Positions 8,864 to 19,604 are shown, numbered from the stretch's first letter. The stretch is DNA of 49,609 nt from Methanobacteriota archaeon (GCA_005878485.1 VBMG01000038.1:1-49609); one strand, 5' to 3'. Numbers and translations: made by a program. The notes: generated by a model not told the origin, from the sequence alone.

Positions 8864-11569
8864 TCATCCGCTCTCGATCCCGAGCTTTTCGCGGATGAGT
8901 TCCTCGAGTTTGGAGGCGGCGGCCCGCGCCATCTCCAGGTTCGGAAAACTGGCCTCCGCGAAATCCGGCTTTCCGCCGCCTTTCCCGCGGAACTGAGGCG
9001 CAACGGCCCGCACGAGTTCCGCCGCGTCGATTGGGACCTGCGTCCCTCGCGTGAGCACGAGTTTCACGTCGCTCGGTGCGGCGGCCCAGTAGATGCCGGT
9101 CGCCCGCGACTCCGAGGCGGTCGCCTTTGACATCGACATCATGAATCGCACGCCTTGCGGCACTTCCCCTTTCGGAATCGGCCAATTGCCCTTCGCGGAT
9201 TCGATCTTCTGGCGGGCGTTCGCCGTTGCCTGCTCGTCGGTCGCGCGTTCGGAGAGCTTTCGGAGCTCCTTCCACTCCGACACGATCCGTTCCGTCGTCG
9301 GCACGAGTTGGTCCGCGGGGACCCCGAGGATGTCCGAGGCGCGGCGCACCTCTTCGGACTGCTTCCGCACCGCGTCGAACGCGGGTTTGCCCGCGGCGTA
9401 CTCGAGGCGCACGACGCCATCCTGGATCCGCGTGGACCGGAGGATCTTGATCAGGGCGACATCGCTCGTCCGAGCGACGTGGGTGCCGCCGCACGCCTCC
9501 GCGTCCCATTTCGCGATCTCCACGACACGCAGTTCGCCGCCCGGGACGGAGCCACCTTGGTAGAGCCGGAATCCGAACTTCCGTTCCGCCAGGTCGCGGG
9601 GCAGGACCTTCGCACGGACCTGCCGAGCCGCGAGGACCTGGTCGTTCGCGAGTTCCTCGATCTTGTTGAGCTCCGCGTCGGTCAGGGCGTCGTAGTGCGT
9701 GATATCGAGCCGCGCGACGTCGGCCGCCTTGTGCGCCCCGGCTTGCCACACATGATTCCCCAGGGCTTTCCGCGCCGCCCCGAGGACGATGTGGGTCGCG
9801 GTGTGATTCCGCATCAGTGCTTCTCGGCGAGGGGCGTCGATCGTGCAGGCGACCCGCTTACCTCGCAGCCGGCCCGCGTCGCCGCGGACGAAATGCAGGA
9901 CGGTCGGCCCGACCCGCTGTACGTCGTACACCTCGAACTCGTCCAGGGTTCCGTGATCCGCCTCCTGGCCGCCGCCTTCCGGGTAGAAAAACGTCTGGTC
10001 CAGCGCGACGGCCTCACCTTCCACCGCGAGGACTTTCGCGCGGAACGTGCGCCGCCGGCGGTCCTCGTACACTCGGAGTTTCGTCGGCGGGAGATCCTTC
10101 GAGATCTCGATTCGTTTCGCCGGTTCCGTCGCCGGCCGTTCGTGTCGCGCCGCGACCCGCGCGTAGAAATCGTCGGGCACCGCGATGGGAAGGTCCGTGA
10201 ACTCCTGCACGACGTCGGGGTTCAAGCCGTGGCTGTCGTACAGCTGCAACAGCGTCTCGACGTCGAACCCCTTCCCGGTGGCGGTCAGGTCTTCTGCGAT
10301 CTTTGCGACAGTCGCCCGGCCCTTTTCGAGTGTTTCCTTGTACCGGGCCTCCTCGACCTTCAGGAGCTTCACGATGTCGCCCTTGTTGAAGAAGAACTCC
10401 GGGTAGTCCTCCCGCATCTGGTCGATCATGAACGAGACCGTGTCGACGAGGCTGTACGTGATGTTGAGGTCCTTCAGCGCTCGGAGCCCGCGGCGAATCA
10501 GGAGGCGGGCGAAGTATCCCTCGCGGCTGTTCGACGGGACGACGCCGTCGCCCAAGACGAAAATCAGAGCGCGGGCGTGGTCGCATAGCGTGTAGAGCTT
10601 CTCGAGGGGCGTGACTTGCGCGATCAGTTCATCGACGGACATGCCGACGCGGGCGGCGGTCTGCTCCCGGATCGCGCGGATGTCACCGAGGCTTTCGATC
10701 TTCAACAGTGCCGCGACCTTCGAGTATTCTCGCAAGATACGGTCGTCCACCCGTTTCGCGCCCGTGGCCCGCTTCAGGTACGCGAGGGCCTCGCCGAAGA
10801 CGGCCTCGTACGCGGAGGTCGTCGCCTGGGAGAGCCACGTGAGCCGCTCAAGCCCGTATCCCGTGTCCACGACCTGCGTATCCATCGGGACGCGGTGGCC
10901 GTTCACCTCGCGATTTACCATGAAGACGAGGGTCGCCGCTTCCGCTCCACCGAAGACCACCTCGAAGCACGGTCCGCTGTTTCCTCCGCCCTGCCACCAC
11001 GACTCCTTGTATCGCGGGAGCGCTGGATCGACGCCGAGCCGTTCCGTCAGGAACAGGTGGCACAGCTCGACGGTTCGATCCTTGAAGTACAGAAACTTCT
11101 TCGGGAAGTTGAACGCGTGATGGGCCATCATCTCGAACATCGTGAAGTGCTGGCCCGTCTTCCCCACGTTATCGAGGTCCGTGAACCGGACGCACGGCTG
11201 GCTGATCGCGAGCGGGTTCGCCGGCGGGCTCGCCTCGCCGCTGATCACCCACGGCTGGAACGGGTACACACTCGCCTGGACGAAGAAGACGTCGTCCCGC
11301 CACCGAGCGACGATTGGATAGCGCTTCACGCGGACGTGGCCGTTCTGCTCGAGGAACGAGAGGAAGTCCTCGCGCATTGAGCGATAGGTGAGTTTCTTCT
11401 TGAACGGAGAGGCGCCGATGAAGTCGTATTCCTGGCACGGGGCCTCGCCGCACGTCTCGTGATGTCCAAGAGACCAGAACGGCGTGCTGCACTTCGGACA
11501 CGTCTGGCGGGTGAACCCTTGCTTCCGGAACAGCTCGACTTCATACTCGCTCTCCGGCATTTTCGGCAT
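8864..11569 (-). CDS. alaS: Alanine--tRNA ligase (archaeal type)
   Basis: YPIVARWRDD, QPCVRFTDLDNVG, DTGYGLER, editing motifs HTATH and CGGTH, C-terminal GGGKPDFA. Confidence 0.98.
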   Translation of the reverse strand: MPKMPESEYEVELFRKQGFTRQTCPKCSTPFWSLGHHETCGEAPCQEYDFIGASPFKKKLTYRSMREDFLSFLEQNGHVRVKRYPIVARWRDDVFFVQASVYPFQPWVISGEASPPANPLAISQPCVRFTDLDNVGKTGQHFTMFEMMAHHAFNFPKKFLYFKDRTVELCHLFLTERLGVDPALPRYKESWWQGGGNSGPCFEVVFGGAEAATLVFMVNREVNGHRVPMDTQVVDTGYGLERLTWLSQATTSAYEAVFGEALAYLKRATGAKRVDDRILREYSKVAALLKIESLGDIRAIREQTAARVGMSVDELIAQVTPLEKLYTLCDHARALIFVLGDGVVPSNSREGYFARLLIRRGLRALKDLNITYSLVDTVSFMIDQMREDYPEFFFNKGDIVKLLKVEEARYKETLEKGRATVAKIAEDLTATGKGFDVETLLQLYDSHGLNPDVVQEFTDLPIAVPDDFYARVAARHERPATEPAKRIEISKDLPPTKLRVYEDRRRRTFRAKVLAVEGEAVALDQTFFYPEGGGQEADHGTLDEFEVYDVQRVGPTVLHFVRGDAGRLRGKRVACTIDAPRREALMRNHTATHIVLGAARKALGNHVWQAGAHKAADVARLDITHYDALTDAELNKIEELANDQVLAARQVRAKVLPRDLAERKFGFRLYQGGSVPGGELRVVEIAKWDAEACGGTHVARTSDVALIKILRSTRIQDGVVRLEYAAGKPAFDAVRKQSEEVRRASDILGVPADQLVPTTERIVSEWKELRKLSERATDEQATANARQKIESAKGNWPIPKGEVPQGVRFMMSMSKATASESRATGIYWAAAPSDVKLVLTRGTQVPIDAAELVRAVAPQFRGKGGGKPDFAEASFPNLEMARAAASKLEELIREKLGIESG

Positions 11570-11634
11570 CCGAACGAGCCGCGGGCCTTAAAGGTTCTCG
11601 GGACGCGACGTTCGTTTCGCCGTGTGACCGTCGT

Positions 11635-12777
11635 CTATCCCTGCAAAAGTTCCTTCGCGATGACGATTCGCTGAATTTCGCTCGTGCCTTCGCCGATCTC
11701 GGTCAGCTTCGCATCCCGCAGCATCCGTTCGACGGGGTAGTCCGAGATGTATCCGTAACCGCCGTGGATTTGCACGGCCTTGTTCGTGACGAAGGACGAC
11801 ATCTCGCTCGCGTACAGCTTCCCCATCGCAGCCTCTTTCTTGAACGGCTGACCGCGGTCCTTGAGCCAGGCGGCGCGGTGGACGAGCGTGCGGGCTGCAT
11901 CAATCCGGGTGGCCATGTCCGCGAGCATGAATTGGATCGCTTGGTGCTCCGCGATCGGCTTCGAAAACTGGATTCGTTCCTTCGCGTATTTGACGGCCTC
12001 CTCGAACGCGCCCTGCGCAATTCCCACGGCCATGGCACCGATGCCGATTCGGCCTCCATCCAATATCTTCAACGCGTTCACGAAGCCTTCATTCTCCTTG
12101 CCAAGGAGCGCGCCCTTCGGAACCCGGCAATCGGACAGGATCACCTGAGACGTAGCGCTCCCTCGGACGCCGAGTTTGTCCTCCACCCGACCGATCGACA
12201 GTCCCCGGTTCCCGCGTTCAACGATGAACGCGCTGATGCCTCGGTTCCCCTTCGCGGGCTCTGAGATCGCATGGATGACGAAGGTTCCCGCGACGGGGGC
12301 GTTTGTGCAAAAGGTCTTCGTGCCGTTGAGAATCCAGCCGTCCTTCACCTGCTTCGCGGTCGTCTGCATCGCGGCCGCGTCCGACCCGCTCGTTGGCTCG
12401 GTCAAGGCCCACGCGCCAATCTTCCGCCCGCTCGCGAGGTCCGGAATGTACGTCCGCCGCTGATCTTCGTTCCCCGCGAGCCAGATGTTCCCGGTGCACA
12501 GGGAGTTGTGGGCCGCCATGATGAGCGCATGCGAGCCGCAGACGCGAGCAACCTCCTCGATTGCGACCACAAGGGCCACCGCGTCGAGACCGGCACCTTC
12601 GTACTCCTCCGGAATCGCCATGCCCAGGAAGCCGAGCCCCGCCATCTTCGCGATGGTCGCTTTCGGAAACTCACCGGTCTTGTCGACGTGGGCCGCGACC
12701 GGCCGGATTTCCTTCTCCGCGAAGTCCCGCGCGGTCTGACGAATCATCTCGTGTTCGGGAGACAGGTCGAACTCCAT
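11635..12777 (-). CDS. Acyl-CoA dehydrogenase (short/branched-chain type)
   Basis: [46 protein letters not shown]. Confidence 0.96.
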   Translation of the reverse strand: MEFDLSPEHEMIRQTARDFAEKEIRPVAAHVDKTGEFPKATIAKMAGLGFLGMAIPEEYEGAGLDAVALVVAIEEVARVCGSHALIMAAHNSLCTGNIWLAGNEDQRRTYIPDLASGRKIGAWALTEPTSGSDAAAMQTTAKQVKDGWILNGTKTFCTNAPVAGTFVIHAISEPAKGNRGISAFIVERGNRGLSIGRVEDKLGVRGSATSQVILSDCRVPKGALLGKENEGFVNALKILDGGRIGIGAMAVGIAQGAFEEAVKYAKERIQFSKPIAEHQAIQFMLADMATRIDAARTLVHRAAWLKDRGQPFKKEAAMGKLYASEMSSFVTNKAVQIHGGYGYISDYPVERMLRDAKLTEIGEGTSEIQRIVIAKELLQG

Positions 12778-12812
12778 CGATTCGCCTTGGGCCTGGAAAG
12801 GCGGGATGGCTC

Positions 12813-13388
12813 TTAGGGCTTCGCCCCGACGGGCTCGGGAGTTCTCCGCCGTCGATCTCCCAGGGCGGCGAGGACCTCGCGGCTCTCTTTCAACACGTCA
12901 ACGAGCGCATCCCGCTCTCGGGTGACGTACTCGATGATGTCCGCGTACCTTCCTTCGCGGTACATCTTCGGCACCCGCGCGCCGCTCTCTTTGTCCGCGA
13001 ACCTCCCGAGACTCGAACCTTCGAACGCCCCGCGGTTCAGCAACACAAGGATCGGCGCGAGGTCCAAGTACGGCTTCGTGAACCAGTAGTACTTCAGCTT
13101 CGCCATGTCCCAATCGACGAGCTTCCACTTCGTCGCGCGCTCGATGAGGAACGTCACATCGAACCGCAGGCGATTCCCGATGGGGACGAAGTCCCACGTC
13201 GGCTCGAGAATCCCCTTCTCCAGGACCATCTGAATGAGCTGCTTCTCCCCCCACTCCCACTCCGCGATGACCTGGAACGTACCCATCGGCACGAGGTCGT
13301 CCGTAAAGGTCTGATACTGGGCGGTCACGATCCGGTCTTGTTGTGGGTCGTCCCCGGTCGTCTCCAGGTCGAAGTAGTAAAGGGGCAG
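12813..13388 (-). CDS. RNase H-fold DEDD 3'-5' exonuclease-like protein
   Basis: Exo I YFDLETTG, Exo [14 protein letters not shown], and an Exo III-like EYVTRE. Start uncertain (CTG 13388 proposed; GTG 13442 alternative). Confidence 0.72.
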   Translation of the reverse strand: MPLYYFDLETTGDDPQQDRIVTAQYQTFTDDLVPMGTFQVIAEWEWGEKQLIQMVLEKGILEPTWDFVPIGNRLRFDVTFLIERATKWKLVDWDMAKLKYYWFTKPYLDLAPILVLLNRGAFEGSSLGRFADKESGARVPKMYREGRYADIIEYVTRERDALVDVLKESREVLAALGDRRRRTPEPVGAKP

Positions 13389-13505
13389 GAAGACCCCGTC
13401 CGTCTCAACAAACGGCCGGAGGGAGCTTAAGCCCTTGCGCACGCGACAGTCTTTTGAGGATTCCCGGTCTTCCCCGCGTGGGCCGCGACCCGCGGAAGGG
13501 AGGAC

Positions 13506-14657
13506 GTGCGCGTCGGAATCATCGGGATTGGGATGACGGCGTTCCGTCCCGCGACGCCGGAATACAACTGGAAGGAACTCATGTTCGAAGCCGCGTCCCG
13601 CGCGTACGCGGACGCCGGCGTCGATCCGCGGTCCGACGTAGACTCGTTCCTCACCTGCGCGGAAGACTACTACGAAGGATTCGGGATATTCGACGAATTT
13701 GTCCCGGACCAGCTCGGGGCGGCGCTTCGCCCCACGTGCACCGTGTCCGGGGACGGCCTTCAGGGCCTCGCGAACGCGTTCATGCAAATCGAGACGGGGC
13801 TCGTCGACGTCGCGGTCGTCGAGGCCCACAGCAAAGCGTCGGACATCGTCACCCTCGAAGGCGTCATCGAACACGCTCTGGACCCAGTTTGGAACAAGCC
13901 GTTGGGTGCCCACCCGTTCGTCATCGCGGGGCTCGAAGCGGACGCCTACCTTCGCGCGACGAAGACGCCTCGGAAGGCGCTCGCAGCCGTGGTCCAGAAG
14001 AACCGCCGGAACGCCCTAAAGAATCCTCTCGCGGCGTACGCCGCCAAACTTGAGATGGACGAAGTGTTGAGTTCGGAAGAACGGTTCGCGCCGCTCCGGT
14101 CGCTCGACATCGCGAACCCGGCGGACGGATGCGTCGTCCTCGTGTTGGGCTCGGAGACGGCCGCGACGAAACTCCACGCGAACCCGGTCTGGATTCGCGG
14201 GGTCGGATGGGCCAGCGACTCGCCCAGCCTCGAGACGCGCGACTGGGCCGGCGGGGAGTACGCCCGCCTCGCGGCCGCGATGGCGTATCGGCTTGCCAAG
14301 ATCCGGCGGCCCTCGACGGAAATCGACCTCGCGGAGGTCGACGATCGGTTTTCCTTCAAGGAGCTCCTGCATCTGGAAGCGATCGGGCTCGCGAAGAAAG
14401 GCGAAGCCGGGAAGCGGGCTCTGCGCGGCGACTATGGGGCGGACGGATCCCTGCCGGTGAACGTGTCCGGCGGATCCCTCGGATGCGGGAACGTGTTCGA
14501 GGCGACCGGGTTGCACCGCGCCGCCGAGGTGGCGCTCCAATTGCGAGGCGACGCAGGGATCCATCAGGTCGACGGGGTCCAGGTGGGCGTCGCCCAATCC
14601 TGGCGGTTCGTCCCCAGCGCAACGGGCGCCGTCGCGGTCCTGGGGGTGGGTCGCTGA
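13506..14657 (+). CDS. Thiolase-fold protein A (SCP2/Ltp-like, non-canonical active site)
   Basis: VGIIGIGMT, KNRRNALKNP, DGCVVLVL, LPVNVSGGSLGCGN. Confidence 0.9.
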   Translation: MRVGIIGIGMTAFRPATPEYNWKELMFEAASRAYADAGVDPRSDVDSFLTCAEDYYEGFGIFDEFVPDQLGAALRPTCTVSGDGLQGLANAFMQIETGLVDVAVVEAHSKASDIVTLEGVIEHALDPVWNKPLGAHPFVIAGLEADAYLRATKTPRKALAAVVQKNRRNALKNPLAAYAAKLEMDEVLSSEERFAPLRSLDIANPADGCVVLVLGSETAATKLHANPVWIRGVGWASDSPSLETRDWAGGEYARLAAAMAYRLAKIRRPSTEIDLAEVDDRFSFKELLHLEAIGLAKKGEAGKRALRGDYGADGSLPVNVSGGSLGCGNVFEATGLHRAAEVALQLRGDAGIHQVDGVQVGVAQSWRFVPSATGAVAVLGVGR

Positions 14658-15817
14658 GGAAGGTCGGCGTCGTCGGGGCCGGCATGACGCTTTTCCGTCG
14701 CCGCCTCCAAGAGACCGGCAAAGAGATGTGCTTCGAGGCCACGAAGATGGCGCTCGATTCCGCCGGGCTGACGCGGGCGGACGTCGACACGGTTGTCTGC
14801 GGCACGGCCCCGGACGCCTTCGATGGCGTCGCGATGAAGGGCGAGTACCTCCTCGACGGGTGCGGCGGCTACCGCAAGCCGTACACCCGCGTCTTCACGG
14901 GAGGCGGGACGGGCGTCTTCAGCACGATCGCGGGGTGGTGGCACGTCGCGTCCGGGCTCGCGGACGTCGCGCTCGTCGTCAACGAAGAGAAGATGTCCTC
15001 CTGCCAGCCCCACCCGCAATCCGTGTTCGCCCACATTTGGGACCCGATCCTTGATCGGCCCCTCAAGCCGAATCTCGTCTGGATCTTCGCGATGGAGATG
15101 AATCGGTACATGACCGTCTACGGCGTGAAAAAGGAGGACATCGCGCGCGTCGCGGTCAAGAACAAACGGAACGCGGTCGGCCATCCGTGCGCACAGCTCG
15201 CCGACCCGAACATCACGGTCGATGACGTCCTGAACAGCGAGGTGATGGCGTGGCCCGTGCAGCGGCTCGACATCAGCCCGCCCAGCGACGGGGCGTCCGC
15301 CGTGGTCCTCGCATCGGAGGATTTCATCCGGAAGCGGCGCATCAAAGACCGCGCATGGATCTCGGGCGTCGGGTGGTGCATCGATTCGACGATGTGGACG
15401 GACCGCGACCTCGTGTTCCCGGAGTACGTGGCCCGCGCCGCGAAGATGGCGTACAAGATGGCGAAGATCGACGAGCCACGCCGGCAGATCGACTTCGCGG
15501 AGCCGTACGATCCGTTCGACTACAAGGAATTGCACCACCTCGAAGGGTTGCTCCTCGCGGACAAGGGAGAGGCGCCCACGCTGACCCGCGAGGGGGTCAC
15601 GGAGCGGGACGGGAAAATGCCGGTGTGCCCGTCCGGCGGCCTTTTGGGAGTCGGCAACCCGATCGCCGCGACGATGGGGATGAAGATCGGCGAGCTCTTC
15701 TGGCAGCTCACCGGCCAGGCGGGCGAACGGCAGATCCCACGTGAGGTGCATACGGGCGTGTCCCAGGCTTGGGGCGACCTGATGCAGTACGGGAGCGTCG
15801 TGGTGATGCGCGCATGA
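14654..15817 (+). CDS. Thiolase-fold protein B (SCP2/Ltp-like, non-canonical active site)
   Basis: KVGVVGAGMT, KNKRNAVGHP, SDGASAVVL, AEPYDPF, PVCPSGGLLGVGNPIAA. Start inferred at the CTG in a CTGA overlap. Confidence 0.9.
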   Translation: MRKVGVVGAGMTLFRRRLQETGKEMCFEATKMALDSAGLTRADVDTVVCGTAPDAFDGVAMKGEYLLDGCGGYRKPYTRVFTGGGTGVFSTIAGWWHVASGLADVALVVNEEKMSSCQPHPQSVFAHIWDPILDRPLKPNLVWIFAMEMNRYMTVYGVKKEDIARVAVKNKRNAVGHPCAQLADPNITVDDVLNSEVMAWPVQRLDISPPSDGASAVVLASEDFIRKRRIKDRAWISGVGWCIDSTMWTDRDLVFPEYVARAAKMAYKMAKIDEPRRQIDFAEPYDPFDYKELHHLEGLLLADKGEAPTLTREGVTERDGKMPVCPSGGLLGVGNPIAATMGMKIGELFWQLTGQAGERQIPREVHTGVSQAWGDLMQYGSVVVMRA

Positions 15818-16335
15818 CCGCTCGGATCTCGCGATGGCCCGGGATCGAGCTCACCGCGGCGGACCTCCACGAAGGCAAGGTGACCCAGACCCGATTCCGC
15901 CCCGACGCGAAGTACGCGTGGTCCGCCGGCGAGGCGATGTCGCGGTTCCTCGAGGAACTGCAGAACGGCCGCCTCATTGCGCGCACGTGCCGAAAGTGTG
16001 CCCGGGTCCTGTTCCCGCCGCGCATGTTCTGCGAGGAGTGTTTCCGGCCGACGGACGCCTGGACGTACATTCGGGACACCGGGACGATCGAGACGTTCTC
16101 GATTTCCTATCTCGACACGGACGCCCGGCGGATTCCGGAGCCCATCCTGGTCGGCGTCGTGAGCCTCGACGGGGCGTCGCCGAAGATGGGCATGATGCAC
16201 TATTTCGGCGGGATGACGAAGGACGAGATTCGGATCGGCATGCGCGTGAAGGCCGTGTGGAAGCCGAAGGAGGAACGCCGGGGGAGCGTCCTCGACATCC
16301 TCGGCTTCCGGCCGCTAGGGGAGGGCGAGTCGTGA
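15814..16335 (+). CDS. DUF35 Zn-ribbon/OB-fold acyl-CoA-binding protein
   Basis: CRKC...PPRMFCEEC, GTIETFS, IGMRVKAVW; ATGA overlap with the upstream gene. Confidence 0.92.
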   Translation: MTARISRWPGIELTAADLHEGKVTQTRFRPDAKYAWSAGEAMSRFLEELQNGRLIARTCRKCARVLFPPRMFCEECFRPTDAWTYIRDTGTIETFSISYLDTDARRIPEPILVGVVSLDGASPKMGMMHYFGGMTKDEIRIGMRVKAVWKPKEERRGSVLDILGFRPLGEGES

Positions 16336-16808
16336 CGTTCCTCGACCGGACGACGGACGCCCGGCGGTTCCGCCACTGGGAGGGCAACGTCGAGGCGGAT
16401 TACATCTACACCTCCGGCGTCGCGGGGGAGCGATTCTTCGTCGCGCTTCGCGACGAGGGCCGGATCCTCGCCTCCCGGTGTACGAGCTGCGACCTCAACT
16501 ACCTCCCACCGCGGATGTTCTGCGAAGACTGCTTCGCGGAACTCACGGAGTACCTGGATGTACCCAAAACGGGACAGGTGGCGGCGGTCACGGTCGCATA
16601 CGAAGATCGGACCGGCGCGAAGCTCTCCCACCCCCAGGTCTGGGGGTTCGTCATCTTCAAAGGAATCCGCGGGGGCCTCCTCCACCGGCTCTTGGTTCCC
16701 CCCGCCCGGGCCCGCGCGGGTTTGGCGGTGCGCCCCAAGCTCAGGCCGCGGGAGGCGCGTACCGGGACGATCGCGGACATCGACGGATTCGAGCCGGTCC
16801 GTTTTTGA
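16332..16808 (+). CDS. Second DUF35 Zn-ribbon/OB-fold protein
   Basis: CTSC...PPRMFCEDC, GQVAAVT; GTGA overlap with the upstream gene. Confidence 0.9.
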   Translation: MTFLDRTTDARRFRHWEGNVEADYIYTSGVAGERFFVALRDEGRILASRCTSCDLNYLPPRMFCEDCFAELTEYLDVPKTGQVAAVTVAYEDRTGAKLSHPQVWGFVIFKGIRGGLLHRLLVPPARARAGLAVRPKLRPREARTGTIADIDGFEPVRF

Positions 16809-16862
16809 TTCTGAAAATCGGGTCGACGGCTTGATTACCCCCTTCCCGGCTACTACGCCTAG

Positions 16863-17429
16863 ATGATGCGAAGGCCCTCGATGGACACGGAGTCGAAGAC
16901 CTTCAAATTCAAGATCTGCCTCGTCGGGGAGGAAGGCGTCGGCAAGACGAGCCTCATCCACCGGTTCGTGTCCGGCGCGTTCGACGAGTCCTACATCCGG
17001 ACCCTCGGGGCCGTCGTCTCGAAGAAGACGGTCGCACTGGGCACGATGCAGGGCCGGCCCGTCCAGGTCGACATGATGATCCTCGATATCATGGGCAAGC
17101 GCACGTTCCTCCAGCTGTTCAAGGAGGCCTACTTCCACGGAGCGAAAGGCGTCCTCGCGGTGTTCGACGTGACCCGCGCCCAATCGCTCCGAGACCTGAC
17201 GAAGTGGATCGACGGGGTTCGCGACTCCGTGGGACCCGTTCCGGTGTACGCGCTCGGAAACAAGACGGACCTCGCCCACCGCCGCGAAGTGACCACGGAG
17301 GAGGCTTCGTCCACGCTGCTTTCGTACGAGTGCCCGGTCCTCTACACGTCCGCGAAGACCGGCGAGAACGTCGAGCAAGCCTTCCAAGGGCTCGCCAAGA
17401 CGATCGTCGAGTCGAGCTCCTCCCAGTGA
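16863..17429 (+). CDS. Ras-superfamily small GTPase, Rab-like
   Basis: G1 [10 protein letters not shown]2 YIRTLG, G3 DIMG, G4 NKTD, G5 TSAKTG. Confidence 0.92.
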   Translation: MMRRPSMDTESKTFKFKICLVGEEGVGKTSLIHRFVSGAFDESYIRTLGAVVSKKTVALGTMQGRPVQVDMMILDIMGKRTFLQLFKEAYFHGAKGVLAVFDVTRAQSLRDLTKWIDGVRDSVGPVPVYALGNKTDLAHRREVTTEEASSTLLSYECPVLYTSAKTGENVEQAFQGLAKTIVESSSSQ

Positions 17430-17481
17430 GCGGCCACAAGCGTCTTATAGCATCGGACAATTGAAAGCACGCAGGGCGTTC

Positions 17482-19158
17482 ATGCGGCACGAGGACGAGC
17501 GGAAGGTCCTCGAAGAGGAGTTGAAGCGGTGGCAAGAGACCACCCTTCGCGAGGCGCTCGAAGCGCTCCCGGAACGCCGCAAGGAATTCATCACGACCTC
17601 CGGTCGGCCTGTGAGGAGGTTGTACACGCCGCTCGACGTCGCCGGGAAGGCGGACGAGCGGCTCGGCAACCCCGGCGGTTTCCCATTCACCCGCGGCATC
17701 CATCCCACCATGTACCGCGGCCGGCTGTGGACGATGCGGATGTTCGCCGGATTCGGGGGCGCGGAGGACACGAACCGCCGATTCAAGTATCTGATCGCCC
17801 ACGGCGAGACCGGCCTCAGCGTCGCGTTCGACATGCCGACCCTCTACGGATATGACACGGACGAGCCGGAGGCGAAAGGGGAGTTCGGGACGTGCGGCGT
17901 CGCCGTGTCGTCCCTGGACGACATGCGGATCTTGTTCAGCGGGATCGATGTCGGCGGCGTCAGCACGTCGATGACGATCAACAGCCCGGCCTCCGTCATC
18001 TGGGCGATGTACCTCGTGATGGCGGAAGGCCGCGGGGTGCCGTGGGCGGGGCTTCGGGGCACGATTCAGAACGACATCCTGAAGGAGTACCAGGCCCAGA
18101 AGGAGTGGATCTATCCGCCCGAGGCGTCGATGCGGCTCGTCGTGGACACGTTCGAATTCGGCTCGAAGCACGTTCCCGAATGGAACACGATTTCGATCAG
18201 CGGGTATCACATCCGCGAGGCGGGCGCGACCGCGGCGCAGGAACTCGCGTTCACCCTCGCGAACGGGATGGAGTACGTCCGCTGGGGAGTCGACCGCGGT
18301 ATGAAAGTCGACGACTTCGCGCTCCGCCTTTCGTTTTTCTTCAACGCCCATAACGATCTCTTCGAGGAGCTCGCGAAATATCGCGCGGCGCGTCGCATCT
18401 GGGCGCGCGAGATGCGCGACACGTTCGGTGCCAAGGACCCGCGGGCGTGGCGCCTGCGGTTCCACACCCAGACGGCGGGCGTGAGTTTGACCGCGCAGCA
18501 GCCGGAGATGAACATCGTCCGGACGACGATCCAGGCGCTCGCGGCGGTCCTCGGGGGCACTCAGTCCCTCCACACAAACGCCTTCGACGAGGCGTACCAA
18601 GTTCCGAACGAGAGGGCCGCGCGGATTGCGCTGAGGACCCAGCAGATCCTCGCGCACGAGAGCGGGGTGGCCAACACGGTCGACCCGCTCGGCGGCTCCC
18701 ACTTCCTCGAAGCGCTGACGGACGAGCTGGAGGCGGAAGCATACCGCTACTTCGACCGGATTTCGGAACTCGGGGGCGTGATCCCCGCGATTCGGAAGGG
18801 GTTCTTCCAACAGGAAATCGCGAACTCCGCGTATCGATACCAGCGGGAAGTCGAGGACAAAGAGCGGATCGTCGTCGGCGTCAACGATTTCGTCGTCGAC
18901 GAACAGACGGAGATCGAGCCGCTCCGCGTGTCGGAGGCGTCGTTCAAGGCTCAGGTCGAACGCCTTCGGAAGCTGCGCCGGACTCGGGACGCGAAGAAGC
19001 ACGAGCAGGCGCTCGAGCGTCTCTTCAAGGCATGCGAGTCGGACGAGAACACGATGCCGTTCATCCTCGACGCCGTGCGCGCGAAGGCGACCCTCGGCGA
19101 AATCTGCGACGTGATGCGACAGGTCTTCGGCCCCTGGGAGGAGCCGCTCCTTTACTGA
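17482..19158 (+). CDS. B12-dependent acyl-CoA mutase large subunit, isobutyryl-CoA-mutase-like
   Basis: [59 protein letters not shown]. Confidence 0.93.
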   Translation: MRHEDERKVLEEELKRWQETTLREALEALPERRKEFITTSGRPVRRLYTPLDVAGKADERLGNPGGFPFTRGIHPTMYRGRLWTMRMFAGFGGAEDTNRRFKYLIAHGETGLSVAFDMPTLYGYDTDEPEAKGEFGTCGVAVSSLDDMRILFSGIDVGGVSTSMTINSPASVIWAMYLVMAEGRGVPWAGLRGTIQNDILKEYQAQKEWIYPPEASMRLVVDTFEFGSKHVPEWNTISISGYHIREAGATAAQELAFTLANGMEYVRWGVDRGMKVDDFALRLSFFFNAHNDLFEELAKYRAARRIWAREMRDTFGAKDPRAWRLRFHTQTAGVSLTAQQPEMNIVRTTIQALAAVLGGTQSLHTNAFDEAYQVPNERAARIALRTQQILAHESGVANTVDPLGGSHFLEALTDELEAEAYRYFDRISELGGVIPAIRKGFFQQEIANSAYRYQREVEDKERIVVGVNDFVVDEQTEIEPLRVSEASFKAQVERLRKLRRTRDAKKHEQALERLFKACESDENTMPFILDAVRAKATLGEICDVMRQVFGPWEEPLLY

Positions 19159-19159
19159 G

Positions 19160-19567
19160 GTGGTTCCGATCCCGAGGAAGATCCGCGTCCTGATCGCGAA
19201 GCCGGGCTTGGACGGTCACGACCGCGGCGCGAAGGTCGTCGCCCGCGCCCTCCGAGACGCCGGCATGGAGGTCATCTACACCGGGCTGCGGCAAATGCCC
19301 GAGGACATCGTCGAGGCCGCGATCCAAGAGGACGTCGATGCGATCGGCCTGTCGTCCCTCAGCGGTGCCCATATGACCCTGTTTCCCGAGGTCGTCCGTC
19401 TGCTGAAGAAACGCGGATCCGGCGAGATCGTCGTGGTCGGCGGCGGGATCATCCCCGCGGACGACATCCCGAAGCTCAAACGGGCGGGCATCAAGGCGGT
19501 CTTCGGACCGGGCACGCCGCTCGGCGAGATCGTGTCGTTCTTCAAGAAGGCGGGCAAGGGAGCGTGA
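19160..19567 (+). CDS. Cobalamin-binding small subunit of acyl-CoA mutase
   Basis: [22 protein letters not shown]. Confidence 0.95.
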   Translation: MVPIPRKIRVLIAKPGLDGHDRGAKVVARALRDAGMEVIYTGLRQMPEDIVEAAIQEDVDAIGLSSLSGAHMTLFPEVVRLLKKRGSGEIVVVGGGIIPADDIPKLKRAGIKAVFGPGTPLGEIVSFFKKAGKGA

Positions 19568-19604
19568 GCCGACGGCCCGCAAGCCGTCGCGGACTCGCGA
19601 CTCG

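Noticed and set aside
14129-14653. Apparent N-terminal extension of thiolase B (and similar extensions on DUF35, pyrI and the 42383 gene)
   Set aside because: Out-of-frame overlap with the upstream gene; the true starts lie at the stop/start junctions.
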